A stretch of 64,000 nt of DNA from an uncultured Candidatus Entotheonella sp. (GTDB lineage Bacteria > Tectomicrobia > Entotheonellia > Entotheonellales > Entotheonellaceae). The notes beneath the pieces are model-generated. The model searched no databases and was not told the origin of the DNA. It saw nothing but the letters and a program-made list of their open reading frames with translations. Every line of letters begins with the position of its first letter. Positions within the stretch are counted from its first letter, which is position 1. Positions 1 through 10,223 of the stretch are shown here, piece after piece. The DNA lies in the NCBI GenBank assembly GCA_965217185.1, contig OZ244252.1:3136001-3200000 (forward strand), read 5' to 3'. Made by a program: the position numbers and the translations under genes.

Positions 1-377
1 CGAGCACCACGTTGAATGGGCGCGCCGTGCGGCTGCGGGAATGCCAGCGGCTGGACGAGGCCACTTTGTTGGCGACGGATTTGGGCAACATCGCGCGGCA
101 TCAGAACTTCGAGCACTTCGAGACACTGCGGCATCACACCCGGCTGTTTCGCACCTGGGGCGACTGCTTCGGCTATCTGCTGCTGGCCGGCGGCGGGGCC
201 GACGTCATGCTCGATCCCATCATGAATCCGTGGGACCTGCTGCCGGTGATTCCGGTCATTCGCGGCGCCGGCGGGGTCATCACGACGTGGACGGGAGGGG
301 ATGCTGCTAGCGGCACCTCGTGCGTGGCGGCGAACGAGACCTTGCACCCGCAAGTCATCGAACTGCTGAACGGTTAA
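1..377 (+). CDS. Inositol monophosphatase family / histidinol-phosphate phosphatase (5' truncated by window)
   Basis: RTWGDCFGY and NPWDLLPVIPVIRGAGG motifs typical of HisN/IMPase. Confidence 0.8.
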   Translation, partial: STTLNGRAVRLRECQRLDEATLLATDLGNIARHQNFEHFETLRHHTRLFRTWGDCFGYLLLAGGGADVMLDPIMNPWDLLPVIPVIRGAGGVITTWTGGDAASGTSCVAANETLHPQVIELLNG

Positions 378-389
378 GGGAGGAACGAC

Positions 390-1055
390 ATGGATTTGGT
401 TCACACCATCTACGAGCCGCCGGGCGACGGTCCGCACCCGACGCTGCTGGTCCTGCACGGCTGGGGAGCCAACGCCCTGGACCTGCTCGGCCTGGCGCCG
501 CATCTGGCCGCCGGGCGCTTTCTCGTCCTGTGCCCGCAGGGGCCGGTGCAGACACCGCTGGGACCCGGCATGGTGGGCTACGGCTGGTACCCGCTGATTC
601 CCGGCACGCCACCCGAGCCACAGGCGCTGTGGACGGCGCGCGAGCACATTCAGAAATTTCTCGACGCGGCGATGGAACGATACCCGATTGACGCCAAGAA
701 GCTCGGTATCGTCGGCTTCAGCCAGGGCGGCGTCATGGCCTACACCCTGGCGCTCGGCGCACCGGAACGTTTCGCCGCCCTCGCCGCTCTCAGCACCTGG
801 TGCCCACCCGAGGCGGTCGAGAACGTTGCCGACCCCGACACCCTGCGGTACCTGCCTACCCTCATCCAGCACGGCTCCCGCGACGAACTCGTTACCGTCG
901 ACCGCGCCCGCGAATCGGTTGAAACCCTCCGCGCCCTGCGCCTTCCCCTCACCTACCGCGAATACGACATCGGCCACGAAATCAACCACCGCAGCCTCGC
1001 AGACCTCTCGGAGTGGCTGCGCGACCACGTCATTTCGCCCGTCATTGCGGTGTAA
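390..1055 (+). CDS. Phospholipase/carboxylesterase (alpha/beta hydrolase)
   Basis: LHGWG, GFSQGG nucleophile motif, HGSRD, GHEI; GGAGG RBS. Confidence 0.85.
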   Translation: MDLVHTIYEPPGDGPHPTLLVLHGWGANALDLLGLAPHLAAGRFLVLCPQGPVQTPLGPGMVGYGWYPLIPGTPPEPQALWTAREHIQKFLDAAMERYPIDAKKLGIVGFSQGGVMAYTLALGAPERFAALAALSTWCPPEAVENVADPDTLRYLPTLIQHGSRDELVTVDRARESVETLRALRLPLTYREYDIGHEINHRSLADLSEWLRDHVISPVIAV

Positions 1056-1065
1056 TTTGGAAGAT

Positions 1066-1095
1066 GTAGGTCGGATTAGCGCCGCGTAATCCGAC
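1066..1095. repeat. GTAG-type REP palindrome (copy 1 of 6)
   Basis: GTAGGTCGGATTA-loop-TAATCCGAC between convergent genes. Confidence 0.85.
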
Positions 1096-1105
1096 GTTCC
1101 GCTCC

Positions 1106-1864
1106 TCAGTGCGACAGAATCTGACTCAGAAACAGGCGGGTGCGCTCGGACTGCGGGTTGTTGAAGAAGGCTTCGGGCGGGCTCGCTTCGATGATCTCGC
1201 CGGCGTCCATGAACGCCACGCGGTTGGCGACCTGGCGGGCGAAGCCCATTTCGTGGGTGACGCAAAGCATGGTCATGCCGGACTCGGCAAGGTCGATCAT
1301 CACGTCGAGCACCTCGGAGATCATTTCGGGGTCGAGCGCCGAGGTGGGCTCGTCGAAAAGCATGATGTTGGGCTGCATGCACAGCGAGCGGGCGATGGCC
1401 ACCCGCTGCTGCTGGCCGCCGGAGAGCTGTCCCGGGTACTTGGCGGCCTGCTCAGGAATCCGCACCCGCTCCAGGTACTGCATGGCCAGGTCCTCGGCGT
1501 CGCGCCGCGGCCGTCCGCGCACCCACATGGGCGACAGGGTGCAGTTCTCCAGCGCGGTCAGGTGCGGAAACAGGTTGAAGTGCTGGAACACCATCCCTAC
1601 CTCGCGCCTCACGGTGTCGATGTTCTTGAGATCGTTCGTCAGTTCCACGCCGTCAACGATCAGGCGGCCTTGCTGGTGCTCCTCCAGCCGGTTGATGCAG
1701 CGGATCAGGGTGGACTTGCCGGAACCCGACGGCCCGCAAATGACAACCCGCTCCCCCCGCGCCACGTCCAGGTTGATGTCGTTGAGCACGTGTAGCTGAC
1801 CATACCACTTGTGCACGCCCTGCATTTGCACCATCGTTCCGGCGCTCGCGGCAGATGCGGCCAT
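1106..1864 (-). CDS. aapP: General L-amino acid ABC transporter ATP-binding protein
   Basis: Walker [17 protein letters not shown] signature, FDEPTSALD; last gene of the operon. Confidence 0.9.
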   Translation of the reverse strand: MAASAASAGTMVQMQGVHKWYGQLHVLNDINLDVARGERVVICGPSGSGKSTLIRCINRLEEHQQGRLIVDGVELTNDLKNIDTVRREVGMVFQHFNLFPHLTALENCTLSPMWVRGRPRRDAEDLAMQYLERVRIPEQAAKYPGQLSGGQQQRVAIARSLCMQPNIMLFDEPTSALDPEMISEVLDVMIDLAESGMTMLCVTHEMGFARQVANRVAFMDAGEIIEASPPEAFFNNPQSERTRLFLSQILSH

Positions 1865-1898
1865 GCAGGTTCTCCTTCATCAGCCCGCAAGGGGCGGT

Positions 1899-2975
1899 TT
1901 AGTGTTGCTGTTCGCTGCGGAACTGTGTTTCCAGGTACTGGCTGTACTTCGACATGAAGAAACACACTATGAAGTAGATCACGGCGATGAACACGTAACC
2001 CTCGATGAAAAACCGGCGCCACAGCGGGTCGGCGATGGCTTGGCGCATGGCCAGCAACAGGTCGGTGAGGCTGACGATAGCCACCAGCGAGGTGTCCTTG
2101 AATAATCCGATGAAGATGTTGACGATAGCCGGGATGGCCACCGTAATGGCTTGCGGCAGGATGATCTTGCGCCGTGCCTGCCAGTAGCTGAGGCCGAGGG
2201 CGTGCGCCGCTTCGTACTGGCCCCTGGGGATCGCCTGCAGGCCGCCGCGCACCGCCTCGGCGAGGTACGCTGCCGAGAACAGGATGATGGCTGCCTGCGC
2301 CCGCAGGACTTCGTCGATGCCGACGCCCGCGGGCAGGAACAGCGGCAGCATGAAGGAGGCCATGAATAGCAGGCTGATGAGCGGCACGCCGCGAATGAGT
2401 TCGATGTACACGCGGCACAGGATGCGGATCACCGGCATGCGCGAGCGCCGGCCCAGGGCCAGGAAGATCGACAACGGAAAGGCGACGGCCAGGCCGATGA
2501 CGGTGAGAATGAGTGTCAGCGGCAGGCCGCCCCACAGGTTGTTGGGGACGAACGTCAGCCCGGCAACGCCGCCCCACATCAGCACCAGCCACGCCGCCAG
2601 GGCCACGGCCCACGCCTCGGCCAGCCGCAGGCCCCAGGCGTTGTGGTTGCAACTGACGCCGATCATGCCCACCAGCAGGACCAGGCCCAGCAGCGGGCGC
2701 CAATGCTCCTCGTACGGGTAGCGCCCGAACAGGATGAGGCGATGCTTTTCGTGAATCATCGCCCAGCAGGCGCCGCTGGCCTCCTTGCAAACGTCGGGGT
2801 CGGCAGCCCACCACACGGCGTGCACCAGCCCCCAATCAAGCAGCGACGGCAACACCCTGGCGAGCAGGAACAATGCTAGCAGCGTCAGGATGGTATTGAA
2901 CCAGCTGTTGAACAGGTTGGCCCGCAGCCAGGCGACGGCGCCGAGCCGGACCCGGACAGGTGCGGTTTCGGCCAT
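1899..2975 (-). CDS. aapM: Amino acid ABC transporter permease
   Basis: Hydrophobic; IELIRGVPLI and EAVRGGLQAIPRGQYEAA (EAA motif). Confidence 0.88.
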   Translation of the reverse strand: MAETAPVRVRLGAVAWLRANLFNSWFNTILTLLALFLLARVLPSLLDWGLVHAVWWAADPDVCKEASGACWAMIHEKHRLILFGRYPYEEHWRPLLGLVLLVGMIGVSCNHNAWGLRLAEAWAVALAAWLVLMWGGVAGLTFVPNNLWGGLPLTLILTVIGLAVAFPLSIFLALGRRSRMPVIRILCRVYIELIRGVPLISLLFMASFMLPLFLPAGVGIDEVLRAQAAIILFSAAYLAEAVRGGLQAIPRGQYEAAHALGLSYWQARRKIILPQAITVAIPAIVNIFIGLFKDTSLVAIVSLTDLLLAMRQAIADPLWRRFFIEGYVFIAVIYFIVCFFMSKYSQYLETQFRSEQQH

Positions 2976-2977
2976 GA

Positions 2978-4153
2978 TCAGCGCTCCACCAGGGCGACGT
3001 GGCGGTCATACACGTTCATCACCGCGGAAATGGACAGACTGATGGTCAGGTAGACACCCATCATGATCGAAATGCACTCGATGGCCTGGCCGCTCTGGTT
3101 CAGCGAGGTATTGGCCACCGACACCAGGTCGGGATAGCCGATGGCCACCGCCAGGGAACTGTTCTTCATCAGGTTGAGGTACTGGCTGGTGGTCGGGGGA
3201 ATGACGATGCGCAGGGCTTGGGGCAAGATGACCAGGCGCAGAGCGGTGCTGCGGCGCAGTCCCAGGGCCGCAGCCGCCTCGCTTTGGCCGTGCGGCACCG
3301 CCTGAATGCCGCCGCGCACGTTTTCGGCAATGAAGGCGGCGGTGTACAGGACGAGCCCGGCCAGCAGCGAGAGAAATTCCGGCGTAATGCTGCTGCCGCC
3401 GCGGAAGCTGAAGCGCGTGAAGACGGGAACGTCCATCGCCGTCGGGGCGCCGCTGACCAGCCACGCCAACAGCGGCGGCCCGAGGATCAGCCCCAGCGAC
3501 GGCAGTAGCAGTTTGGGCACTTGGCCGGTGGCTTCCTGTCGCCGCCGCGCCCGGCCCCGATAGCCCCACGCCAAGCCGCAGCCAATGACGAACGCCACCG
3601 CCATGTACGGATGGCCGGCGTGCGGCACCGGCGACAGGAACATCAGCCCGCTCTTGCTCAGGTACACACTTGGCAGCAATTGCATCGCCTGGCTCACCGG
3701 TGGCAACATGCCGGTGATTATCGTGTACCAGAAGAAAAGCTGCAGCAGCAGCGGCACGTTGCGCACCGTCTCGACATACAGCGACGCCAGCCGCACGACC
3801 AACCAGTTGCTCGACAGCCGGGCCATGCCGACCAGCACACCGACGAGCGTGGCGCACACGATACCCAGCAGCGACACCCGCAGCGTATTCAGCACCCCGA
3901 CGACGTAAGCGCGCCCGTAGCTGTCCGAGGCATTGTAGGGGATGACGCTCTCGCCGATGCGGAACCCCGCCTCGCGGCCCAGGAAACCGAAGCCGGTGCG
4001 GATCGAGCGCTCATTCAGATTGGCCACGACGTTGGAGAGGAAGTAGGCCCCGACGCCGATGACCAGCAACAGCGCGACCGCCTGATACAGCGCCAAGCGG
4101 AAGCGCTGATTGCGCCAGAAAACGACGGGAGCGAGTGTCGTCGGGGAGACCAT
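2978..4153 (-). CDS. aapQ: Amino acid ABC transporter permease
   Basis: RNVPLLLQLFFWY, EAA loop, KNSSLAVAIGYPDL. Confidence 0.88.
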   Translation of the reverse strand: MVSPTTLAPVVFWRNQRFRLALYQAVALLLVIGVGAYFLSNVVANLNERSIRTGFGFLGREAGFRIGESVIPYNASDSYGRAYVVGVLNTLRVSLLGIVCATLVGVLVGMARLSSNWLVVRLASLYVETVRNVPLLLQLFFWYTIITGMLPPVSQAMQLLPSVYLSKSGLMFLSPVPHAGHPYMAVAFVIGCGLAWGYRGRARRRQEATGQVPKLLLPSLGLILGPPLLAWLVSGAPTAMDVPVFTRFSFRGGSSITPEFLSLLAGLVLYTAAFIAENVRGGIQAVPHGQSEAAAALGLRRSTALRLVILPQALRIVIPPTTSQYLNLMKNSSLAVAIGYPDLVSVANTSLNQSGQAIECISIMMGVYLTISLSISAVMNVYDRHVALVER

Positions 4154-4188
4154 GGGATGTGATTCCCGGGGCGAAAAGCGAGCCGGTT

Positions 4189-5211
4189 TCAGCGCAGCGG
4201 CATCGCGTACATCAGGCCGCCGTTCGTCCACAGGCTATTGGAGCCCACGCGTGGCAAGCCGATGGGCACCACGTTGCGGTCGTAAATCTCGCCGTAGTTG
4301 CCAACGGCCTGGATCGCCTGAACCACCCAGGCGTTGCTCAGGCCGAGCTTCTGGCCCATGTCGCCCGAGGTGCCGAGCAGGCGCTGAATCACCGGGTCCT
4401 GGTTGTCCATCATGGCCGTCACATTGGCCTGCGTAACGCCCTTTTCTTCCGCCTCGATGAGCGCGTAAACCATCCATTTGACGATGGCGAACCAGGCATC
4501 GTCACCGCGCCGAGTCACCGGCCCCAGGGGCTCCTTGGAGATGGTTTCGGGCAGGATGACGTAGTCGTCTGGGTTTGGTGCATCGGAGGATATGATGGCG
4601 GCAAGGCCCGAGCGGTCGGTGGTGTAGACCTGGCAGCGGCCGTTGAAAAAGGCAGTCTTGGCTTCTTCCAGGCTTTCGAAGACGACCGGCTTGAAGCTCA
4701 TGCCGCTGGCGCGGAAGTAATCGGCCAGATTCAGTTCCGTTGTCGTACCGGTCAGCACGCACACCTCGGCGCCGTCGAGCTCCGTGGCACTCTGCACACC
4801 GAGGTCGGCGGGTACCATGAAGCCCTGGCCGTCGTAAAACGTCACGCCGGCGAACACCAGGCCGAGGGAGGCGTCGCGCGTCAGCGTCCAGGTGGTATTG
4901 CGGCTGAGCAGGTCGACCTCGCCCGCTTGCAGGGCAGTGAAGCGCTGCTGGTTGGAAAGGGGTACGTAGGTCACCTTGGCGCCGTCACCGAGCACGGCGG
5001 CGGCCAGTCCGCGGCAGAAATCGGCGTCGAGGCCGGTCCAGTGACCGGTGCTGTCGGCGATGGAAAAGCCGGCCAAGCCGGTGCTGACGCCGCACCGCAC
5101 ACTATCGCGCGCCACGACGGCATCGAGGATCTCGCCGGCGTGTACCGTGCCGGCCAGCACGACCACCGTGAACGCGATGAACAGACAGACATAGCGGGTC
5201 TTGTTACGCAT
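4189..5211 (-). CDS. aapJ: Amino acid ABC transporter substrate-binding protein
   Basis: Signal peptide; RNTTWTLTRD, SKEPLGP, VGNYGEIY; GGAGG RBS. Confidence 0.9.
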   Translation of the reverse strand: MRNKTRYVCLFIAFTVVVLAGTVHAGEILDAVVARDSVRCGVSTGLAGFSIADSTGHWTGLDADFCRGLAAAVLGDGAKVTYVPLSNQQRFTALQAGEVDLLSRNTTWTLTRDASLGLVFAGVTFYDGQGFMVPADLGVQSATELDGAEVCVLTGTTTELNLADYFRASGMSFKPVVFESLEEAKTAFFNGRCQVYTTDRSGLAAIISSDAPNPDDYVILPETISKEPLGPVTRRGDDAWFAIVKWMVYALIEAEEKGVTQANVTAMMDNQDPVIQRLLGTSGDMGQKLGLSNAWVVQAIQAVGNYGEIYDRNVVPIGLPRVGSNSLWTNGGLMYAMPLR

Positions 5212-5311
5212 TGCAGTCCCTCCTTGGGTGTCGGTTCGGATTGTGGAGTTCATACAACCAGACTCCGTAGCATTTACCCACTATGAATTAGGGGGAGGGG
5301 AAAATCAATTG

Positions 5312-6580
5312 CTAAAGCGGCCTGAGCCGGTTGCGGCGCGGCGCCGCCAGCCACAGCCCCAGGCAGCCGAGCGCGCAGATGAAGACGGTGAGCACGAAGG
5401 CACCGTGATAGCCACCGTGGTGATCGTACCAGTAACCGCCCAACCACGCGCCGCCAAAACCCCCTATGCCCCAGCCCAGTTCCAGGACGCCCAGAATCGT
5501 GCCCAGATGTCGCGTCGGAAACAAATCTGCGGTGGCCGCCGCTTGCACCGAACCGTGCACGCCGTAACCGAGGCCGAAGCCCAGAGCATAGCCGTAAAGC
5601 CACCACAGAGCAGCGGGTGGGTGCAAGCCCGCCAGGCAGCCGATGCCGACCATGCACAGCACGGTGCCGATGGTGTAGATCGGCTCGCGCCCGAAACGGT
5701 CGGACAGGTTGCCCCACAGGGTGCTGCTGATCGCCCGCAGCAGGCCGGTCAGGCCGATCACCGAAGCGGCCAGCAGATCGGCAAAGCCGTTGTCTATCAT
5801 GTGCGCGAGTTGGTGCACGCTGGTGATATTCGACAGCCAGCCGATACTGCATACCGATACGAACAGGCCCCAGAAGCGGGCGGTGCGCAGGATGTCCAGC
5901 AGGTGCGAGATACCCAAGCGCGCCGGCGCGTGGGTTGCGGCAATCGGCGGGTCTGCGGTGGCGCCTTCGGGATGTAGGCCGATGTCCTGCGGACGATGGC
6001 GTTGCCACAGCGCGTTCAGCGGCGCCAGGATCAGGAACCCAACCACGCCGAGAACGGTGTAGGTCCAGCGCCAGCCGTTCAGGTCTACGAAGTACTGCGT
6101 GAGCGGCACGATGATCAAGGCTCCCAGGCTGGCGCCGCCCAGAACCAGACCGGCGGCGGTGCCGCGGCGGCGCTCAAACCATAGAGAGACCAGCGCCAGG
6201 TGCGGCGCGAATCCCGCCAGATTGAACCCCTGTGCCGCCAGCAGGCCCCAGCCGAGGCACAGGTGCCACAACGTCGTCGCCTGCGCCGTAACGATGAGCC
6301 CGCCGCCCATGCACAGGGCGCCAAGCGGAAACAGCCAGCGCGGGCCGTAGGCGTCGAACAACCGACCGGCCAGCCAGGCGGTGGCGGCGTAGCTGATCAG
6401 CCCAATGGAAAAAGGCAGGGAGGCCGTCGTCCGACTCCAGCCGAACTCCGACACGATGGCGGCGAAGAGCACCCCGGAGGCGAAGAAGATTCCCATGATG
6501 ATCATCATGGTGAGGCTGGCGATGGCGACGATGATCCAGCCGTAGTAGAAACGGGGCGTGCGTTGCATGGGAGGTTCCAT
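5312..6580 (-). CDS. MFS transporter
   Basis: About 12 hydrophobic segments; GRLFDAYGPR and LSDRFGRE MFS loop motifs. Confidence 0.85.
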   Translation of the reverse strand: MEPPMQRTPRFYYGWIIVAIASLTMMIIMGIFFASGVLFAAIVSEFGWSRTTASLPFSIGLISYAATAWLAGRLFDAYGPRWLFPLGALCMGGGLIVTAQATTLWHLCLGWGLLAAQGFNLAGFAPHLALVSLWFERRRGTAAGLVLGGASLGALIIVPLTQYFVDLNGWRWTYTVLGVVGFLILAPLNALWQRHRPQDIGLHPEGATADPPIAATHAPARLGISHLLDILRTARFWGLFVSVCSIGWLSNITSVHQLAHMIDNGFADLLAASVIGLTGLLRAISSTLWGNLSDRFGREPIYTIGTVLCMVGIGCLAGLHPPAALWWLYGYALGFGLGYGVHGSVQAAATADLFPTRHLGTILGVLELGWGIGGFGGAWLGGYWYDHHGGYHGAFVLTVFICALGCLGLWLAAPRRNRLRPL

Positions 6581-6657
6581 TGAATAGAATAAGAAGGACA
6601 GCTAATTCCACCGAAGAAGCAGGAAATTTATCAAGGGCACGAAGGGACCGAATCGAT

Positions 6658-7659
6658 ATGGGCGTTGAACGTCGTTACATGGTGTATGGCATCGGCAATG
6701 GCATTGTCGATCGGCAGGTTAAGGTGACGGACGATGAGCTGCAAGCCTTGCAACTCAGCAAGGGCCGTATGGAACTGACGGATGCGCGGGAGCAAGCGGG
6801 CATTCTGGCGCATCTCGACGACCGCGAAGGGGAACTCCACGCCGGCGGTTCGGCAGCCAACACGATTGTGGGCATCGCGCAGATGGGCGGCAAGGCGGCG
6901 TATGCGTGCTCGCTGGCAGAGGACGGTGCCGGGCAGCACTACCGGTCGGAGTTCACGCAGTTTGGCATTCACCTGACCGGTACCGACAAGCCGGACGACA
7001 CCACCGGCCTGTGCCTGGTGCTGGTGACACCGGACGGCGAGCGCACCATGAAGACCTGCCTCGGTGCCTCAGCCCAACTGTGTCCTGAGGACATTGACGA
7101 AACAACCGTGGCGGCGTCTCAGTGGGTGTATCTGGAGGGCTACCTGCTGGCGGGCGAGGCCACGCGGGCGGCGACCTTTCACGCCATGGACTTGGCACGG
7201 CGGCACGGCACCCGCATCGCCTTTTCGTTCTCTGACCGCTTCGTGGTGAAGGCGTTCGGCGACGACGTGAAGAAGATCGTCGCAGCCTACGCCGACTTGG
7301 TTTTCGCTAACGAATCCGAGGCCGAGGCGTATACCGGAATGAGCGATCCGCAGGCATCGCTCGCGGCGCTGCTGGGCGAGTGCGCCAACGCCTGCGTGAC
7401 GTGCAGCGAACGCGGCTCCTACGTACATCTGAACGGCGAACGACACTACGTGCCGGCGCTGAAAACCCAAGCCATCGACATGACCGGCGCCGGCGACATC
7501 TACGCCGCCGGCGTCCTGTACGGCATTTCAAGCGGCGCGGCGCCTGAGCGAGCGGCGCGTCTGGGAGCGCGAGTGGCTTACGACGTTGTTCGCCAGATGG
7601 GCGCTCGCTTGGAAGGCGATCTCACCCGTATCGCCGGCGACATCCTGTCCGGTTCCTGA
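6658..7659 (+). CDS. PfkB-family kinase (adenosine kinase-like)
   Basis: GGSAANT, ANESE, DMTGAGD motifs. Confidence 0.85.
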   Translation: MGVERRYMVYGIGNGIVDRQVKVTDDELQALQLSKGRMELTDAREQAGILAHLDDREGELHAGGSAANTIVGIAQMGGKAAYACSLAEDGAGQHYRSEFTQFGIHLTGTDKPDDTTGLCLVLVTPDGERTMKTCLGASAQLCPEDIDETTVAASQWVYLEGYLLAGEATRAATFHAMDLARRHGTRIAFSFSDRFVVKAFGDDVKKIVAAYADLVFANESEAEAYTGMSDPQASLAALLGECANACVTCSERGSYVHLNGERHYVPALKTQAIDMTGAGDIYAAGVLYGISSGAAPERAARLGARVAYDVVRQMGARLEGDLTRIAGDILSGS

Positions 7660-7688
7660 GCCGCTCCAATTCTAAAACCCAGCGGAGT

Positions 7689-7718
7689 GTCGGATTACGC
7701 TTCGCTAATCCGACCTAC
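7689..7718. repeat. GTAG-type REP (copy 2), overlapping the TAG stop of the GNAT gene
   Basis: GTCGGATTA-loop-TAATCCGACCTAC. Confidence 0.85.
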
Positions 7719-8836
7719 ACCGGCTTTTCATATAGCCGATAGCGCTTGTACGCCCTCGCGCCCTGTGCCTCCAGCGCCCGGATAATCAGCGTGTTGTCCT
7801 CCAGGATCCACGCCGACTCGCCGTGCAGTAGGCCGAGCTTCGATCCCTGCTCCCACAACTCCGCGTACAGCAGCAGGTCAATACCGAGCCGGCGGTGTTT
7901 CTTCCTGACGCCGGCGAGGGCAATGCGGACGGTTTTGGCGCGGCGGCGCTCGATGAGGAAGCGCGCCAGGCCCCATGGCGTCAGATGGCCGTTCATGTGG
8001 CGCAGGCCGCGGTTGAGATCGGGAATGGCGACCAGGCAGCCGACTGCCTCGCCGTCGATTTCGGCCAGCAGAGTGAGTTTGGGGATGACGGCCAGCTTCA
8101 ACTCCTTGGCCATATGCTGCGCCTCGGCGTCGGTGATCGGCACGAAGCCCCAGTTGTCGCTCCAGGCGTCGTTGTACACCTCGGTGATGCGCCGCACGTC
8201 GGCGGCGAAGTCCTTCATGTTGGCGTGGCGGACGGTGATGCGACCGCGGCGCTGGCGGCGGGCAATGGCCTCCCGCACGCGCGGGTCGAGGTCGGGCCAG
8301 CGGTGGCGGTAGAAGGCCAGCAGGTCTTTGCACTTGCCCAACCCGGCGGCCTCGATGAAGGCGGCGTAGCATGGCGGATTGTATGCCGAGTGGAAGATGG
8401 GCGAGGCGCCGAAGCCCTCTACCAGCAGGCCCATGTCCAGCTCGTTGCTGGATAGGTTCACCGGGCCGCGCAGAAAAGTGGCGCCGTGCTCTCGCACCCA
8501 TGCGGCGGCGGCGTCAAGCAGGGTGGCGGCGGCTTCCGGGCAATCCGGCAGGCACTCGAACAGCCCAAAGAATCCCGCCTTCTCGTTGTGGTACTGGTCG
8601 TGCACCTCATTGATCACCGCGGCGACGCGGCCCACCGTGCGGCCGCCGTCGTGCGCCAGGAACAACTGCACCTGGGCGTGTTGGAAAAAGGGATTCTTAC
8701 GCGGGTTGAGGAACGCTTTGCGGTCCATGATGAGCGGCGGCACCCAGTAAGGGTCGCCGGCGTAGACCTGCCAGGGGAGCTTGATGAACGCCTTGGTATC
8801 GTTGGGCTGCAGCGGCGTGATGGTGATGGACGGCAT
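7715..8836 (-). CDS. Tandem GNAT acyltransferase, bacterial ceramide synthase (bCerS)-like
   Basis: FIKLPWQVY..WVPPL..KNPFF, GFFGLFEC, NDAWSDNWGFVP, SAWILEDN; directly downstream of an spt-like gene. Confidence 0.7.
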   Translation of the reverse strand: MPSITITPLQPNDTKAFIKLPWQVYAGDPYWVPPLIMDRKAFLNPRKNPFFQHAQVQLFLAHDGGRTVGRVAAVINEVHDQYHNEKAGFFGLFECLPDCPEAAATLLDAAAAWVREHGATFLRGPVNLSSNELDMGLLVEGFGASPIFHSAYNPPCYAAFIEAAGLGKCKDLLAFYRHRWPDLDPRVREAIARRQRRGRITVRHANMKDFAADVRRITEVYNDAWSDNWGFVPITDAEAQHMAKELKLAVIPKLTLLAEIDGEAVGCLVAIPDLNRGLRHMNGHLTPWGLARFLIERRRAKTVRIALAGVRKKHRRLGIDLLLYAELWEQGSKLGLLHGESAWILEDNTLIIRALEAQGARAYKRYRLYEKPV

Positions 8837-8874
8837 GGGTCGCCTTCAGCGCATCCGAGCAGTGAGCGGGTGTA

Positions 8875-10059
8875 TCAGGGAATGACGCACAGTTCGCGGC
8901 CCACGTCGGCGAAGACTTCGAGAACGTGGTCGAGCTGCGGCGGGGTGTGCGTGGCGATGACGCTGGTGCGCAGCAGGGAGCCGCCCGGCGCCACGGCTTG
9001 GCGGACGGCGGCGTTGGTGAACACGCCGCGCTCGAACAGGGCCTTCCAGAAGCGGAACGTCAGGTGGTCTTCGCCGAGAATGACGGGAATTACCGGCGTG
9101 GCACTCCTGCCGGTATTGAAGCCGAGGTCTTGCAGGCCGTTTCGCAGGTGGTGGGTGTTGCGCCACAGCACCTCGCGGCGTTCGGGTTCCTGCTCGATGA
9201 TGTCGAGGGCGGCGATGACGGCGGCGACGGTGGCCGGGGCCATGCTGGCGCTGAACATCAAGGCGCGGGCGTGGTGCTTGACGTAATCGACGACGTCAAA
9301 GTCGGCGGCGATGAAGCCGCCCATGGACGCGAACGATTTGCTGAAGGTGCCGACGCTGATGTCGACGCTCTGCTCAATGCCGAAGTGCTCGCCGGTGCCG
9401 CGCCCGTTGTCGCCCAAGATGCCAATGGAGTGGGCGTCGTCCACCACCAGCACGGCACCGTACGCCTGGCACAGTTTGGCGACCTCGGGCAGGCTGACGA
9501 TGCTGCCTTCCATGCTGAAGACGCCGTCCACCACGACCATGCGGCCGCAATCGGGGTCGAGCTGGCCGAGGACGCGCTCCAGGTCTGCCATGTCGTTGTG
9601 GCGGAATTTAAGGGTTTTGCCGAAGGACAGGCGGCAGCCGTCGAAAATGCTGGCGTGGTCTTGGCGGTCGGTGATGACGTAATCGCCTTTGCCAACCAGG
9701 GAAGCGATGGTGCCGAGGTTGGTCTGATAGCCGGTGCTGAACATCAGGGCGGCCTCGCGCTGCATGAAGTCGGCCAACCGCTCCTCGGCTTCCACGTGAA
9801 TGGACAGCGTGCCGTTGAGGTAGCGCGAGCCGGTGCAGCCGGTGCCGTATTGCTTCACGGCTTTGATGACCGCTTCTTTGACTTTGGGATGGTTGGTGAG
9901 GCCGAGGTAATTGTTGGAGCCGACCATGATCATCTTCTTGCCATCGACGATGGCTTCGGCGCCCTGTTCGGATTCGACCACCTTGAAATAAGGATGCCAG
10001 CCCATCTTGCGGGCAATTTTGGCTTCCTCAAAGTTGTAGCATTTTTCAAGAAGGTTCAT
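8875..10059 (-). CDS. spt: Serine palmitoyltransferase-like alpha-oxoamine synthase
   Basis: SNNYLGL, GSRYLNGT (SPT-like rather than BioF/Kbl), HASI, DDAH, GTFSKS PLP-lysine. Confidence 0.75.
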   Translation of the reverse strand: MNLLEKCYNFEEAKIARKMGWHPYFKVVESEQGAEAIVDGKKMIMVGSNNYLGLTNHPKVKEAVIKAVKQYGTGCTGSRYLNGTLSIHVEAEERLADFMQREAALMFSTGYQTNLGTIASLVGKGDYVITDRQDHASIFDGCRLSFGKTLKFRHNDMADLERVLGQLDPDCGRMVVVDGVFSMEGSIVSLPEVAKLCQAYGAVLVVDDAHSIGILGDNGRGTGEHFGIEQSVDISVGTFSKSFASMGGFIAADFDVVDYVKHHARALMFSASMAPATVAAVIAALDIIEQEPERREVLWRNTHHLRNGLQDLGFNTGRSATPVIPVILGEDHLTFRFWKALFERGVFTNAAVRQAVAPGGSLLRTSVIATHTPPQLDHVLEVFADVGRELCVIP

Positions 10060-10098
10060 GTCTGCTCCATGACAAAACGATAATTTTTGGCGGCGCGT

Positions 10099-10127
10099 AT
10101 GATAGGTACTCGGGGGTGGGTTGTCAA
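10099..10127 (-). promoter_or_regulatory. sigma70-like promoter for spt operon
   Basis: TTGACA-17 nt-TATCAT on minus strand about 40 nt before the ATG. Confidence 0.6.
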
Positions 10128-10223
10128 TTCGGCCTCCAGGCGGCCTCACGGCTTGCGATCATGGACTAAACGGTCTCGCGGGCGGACGTTTTTCGGTAAT
10201 CGGAAGCCGTAAAAGGCCCGCCG

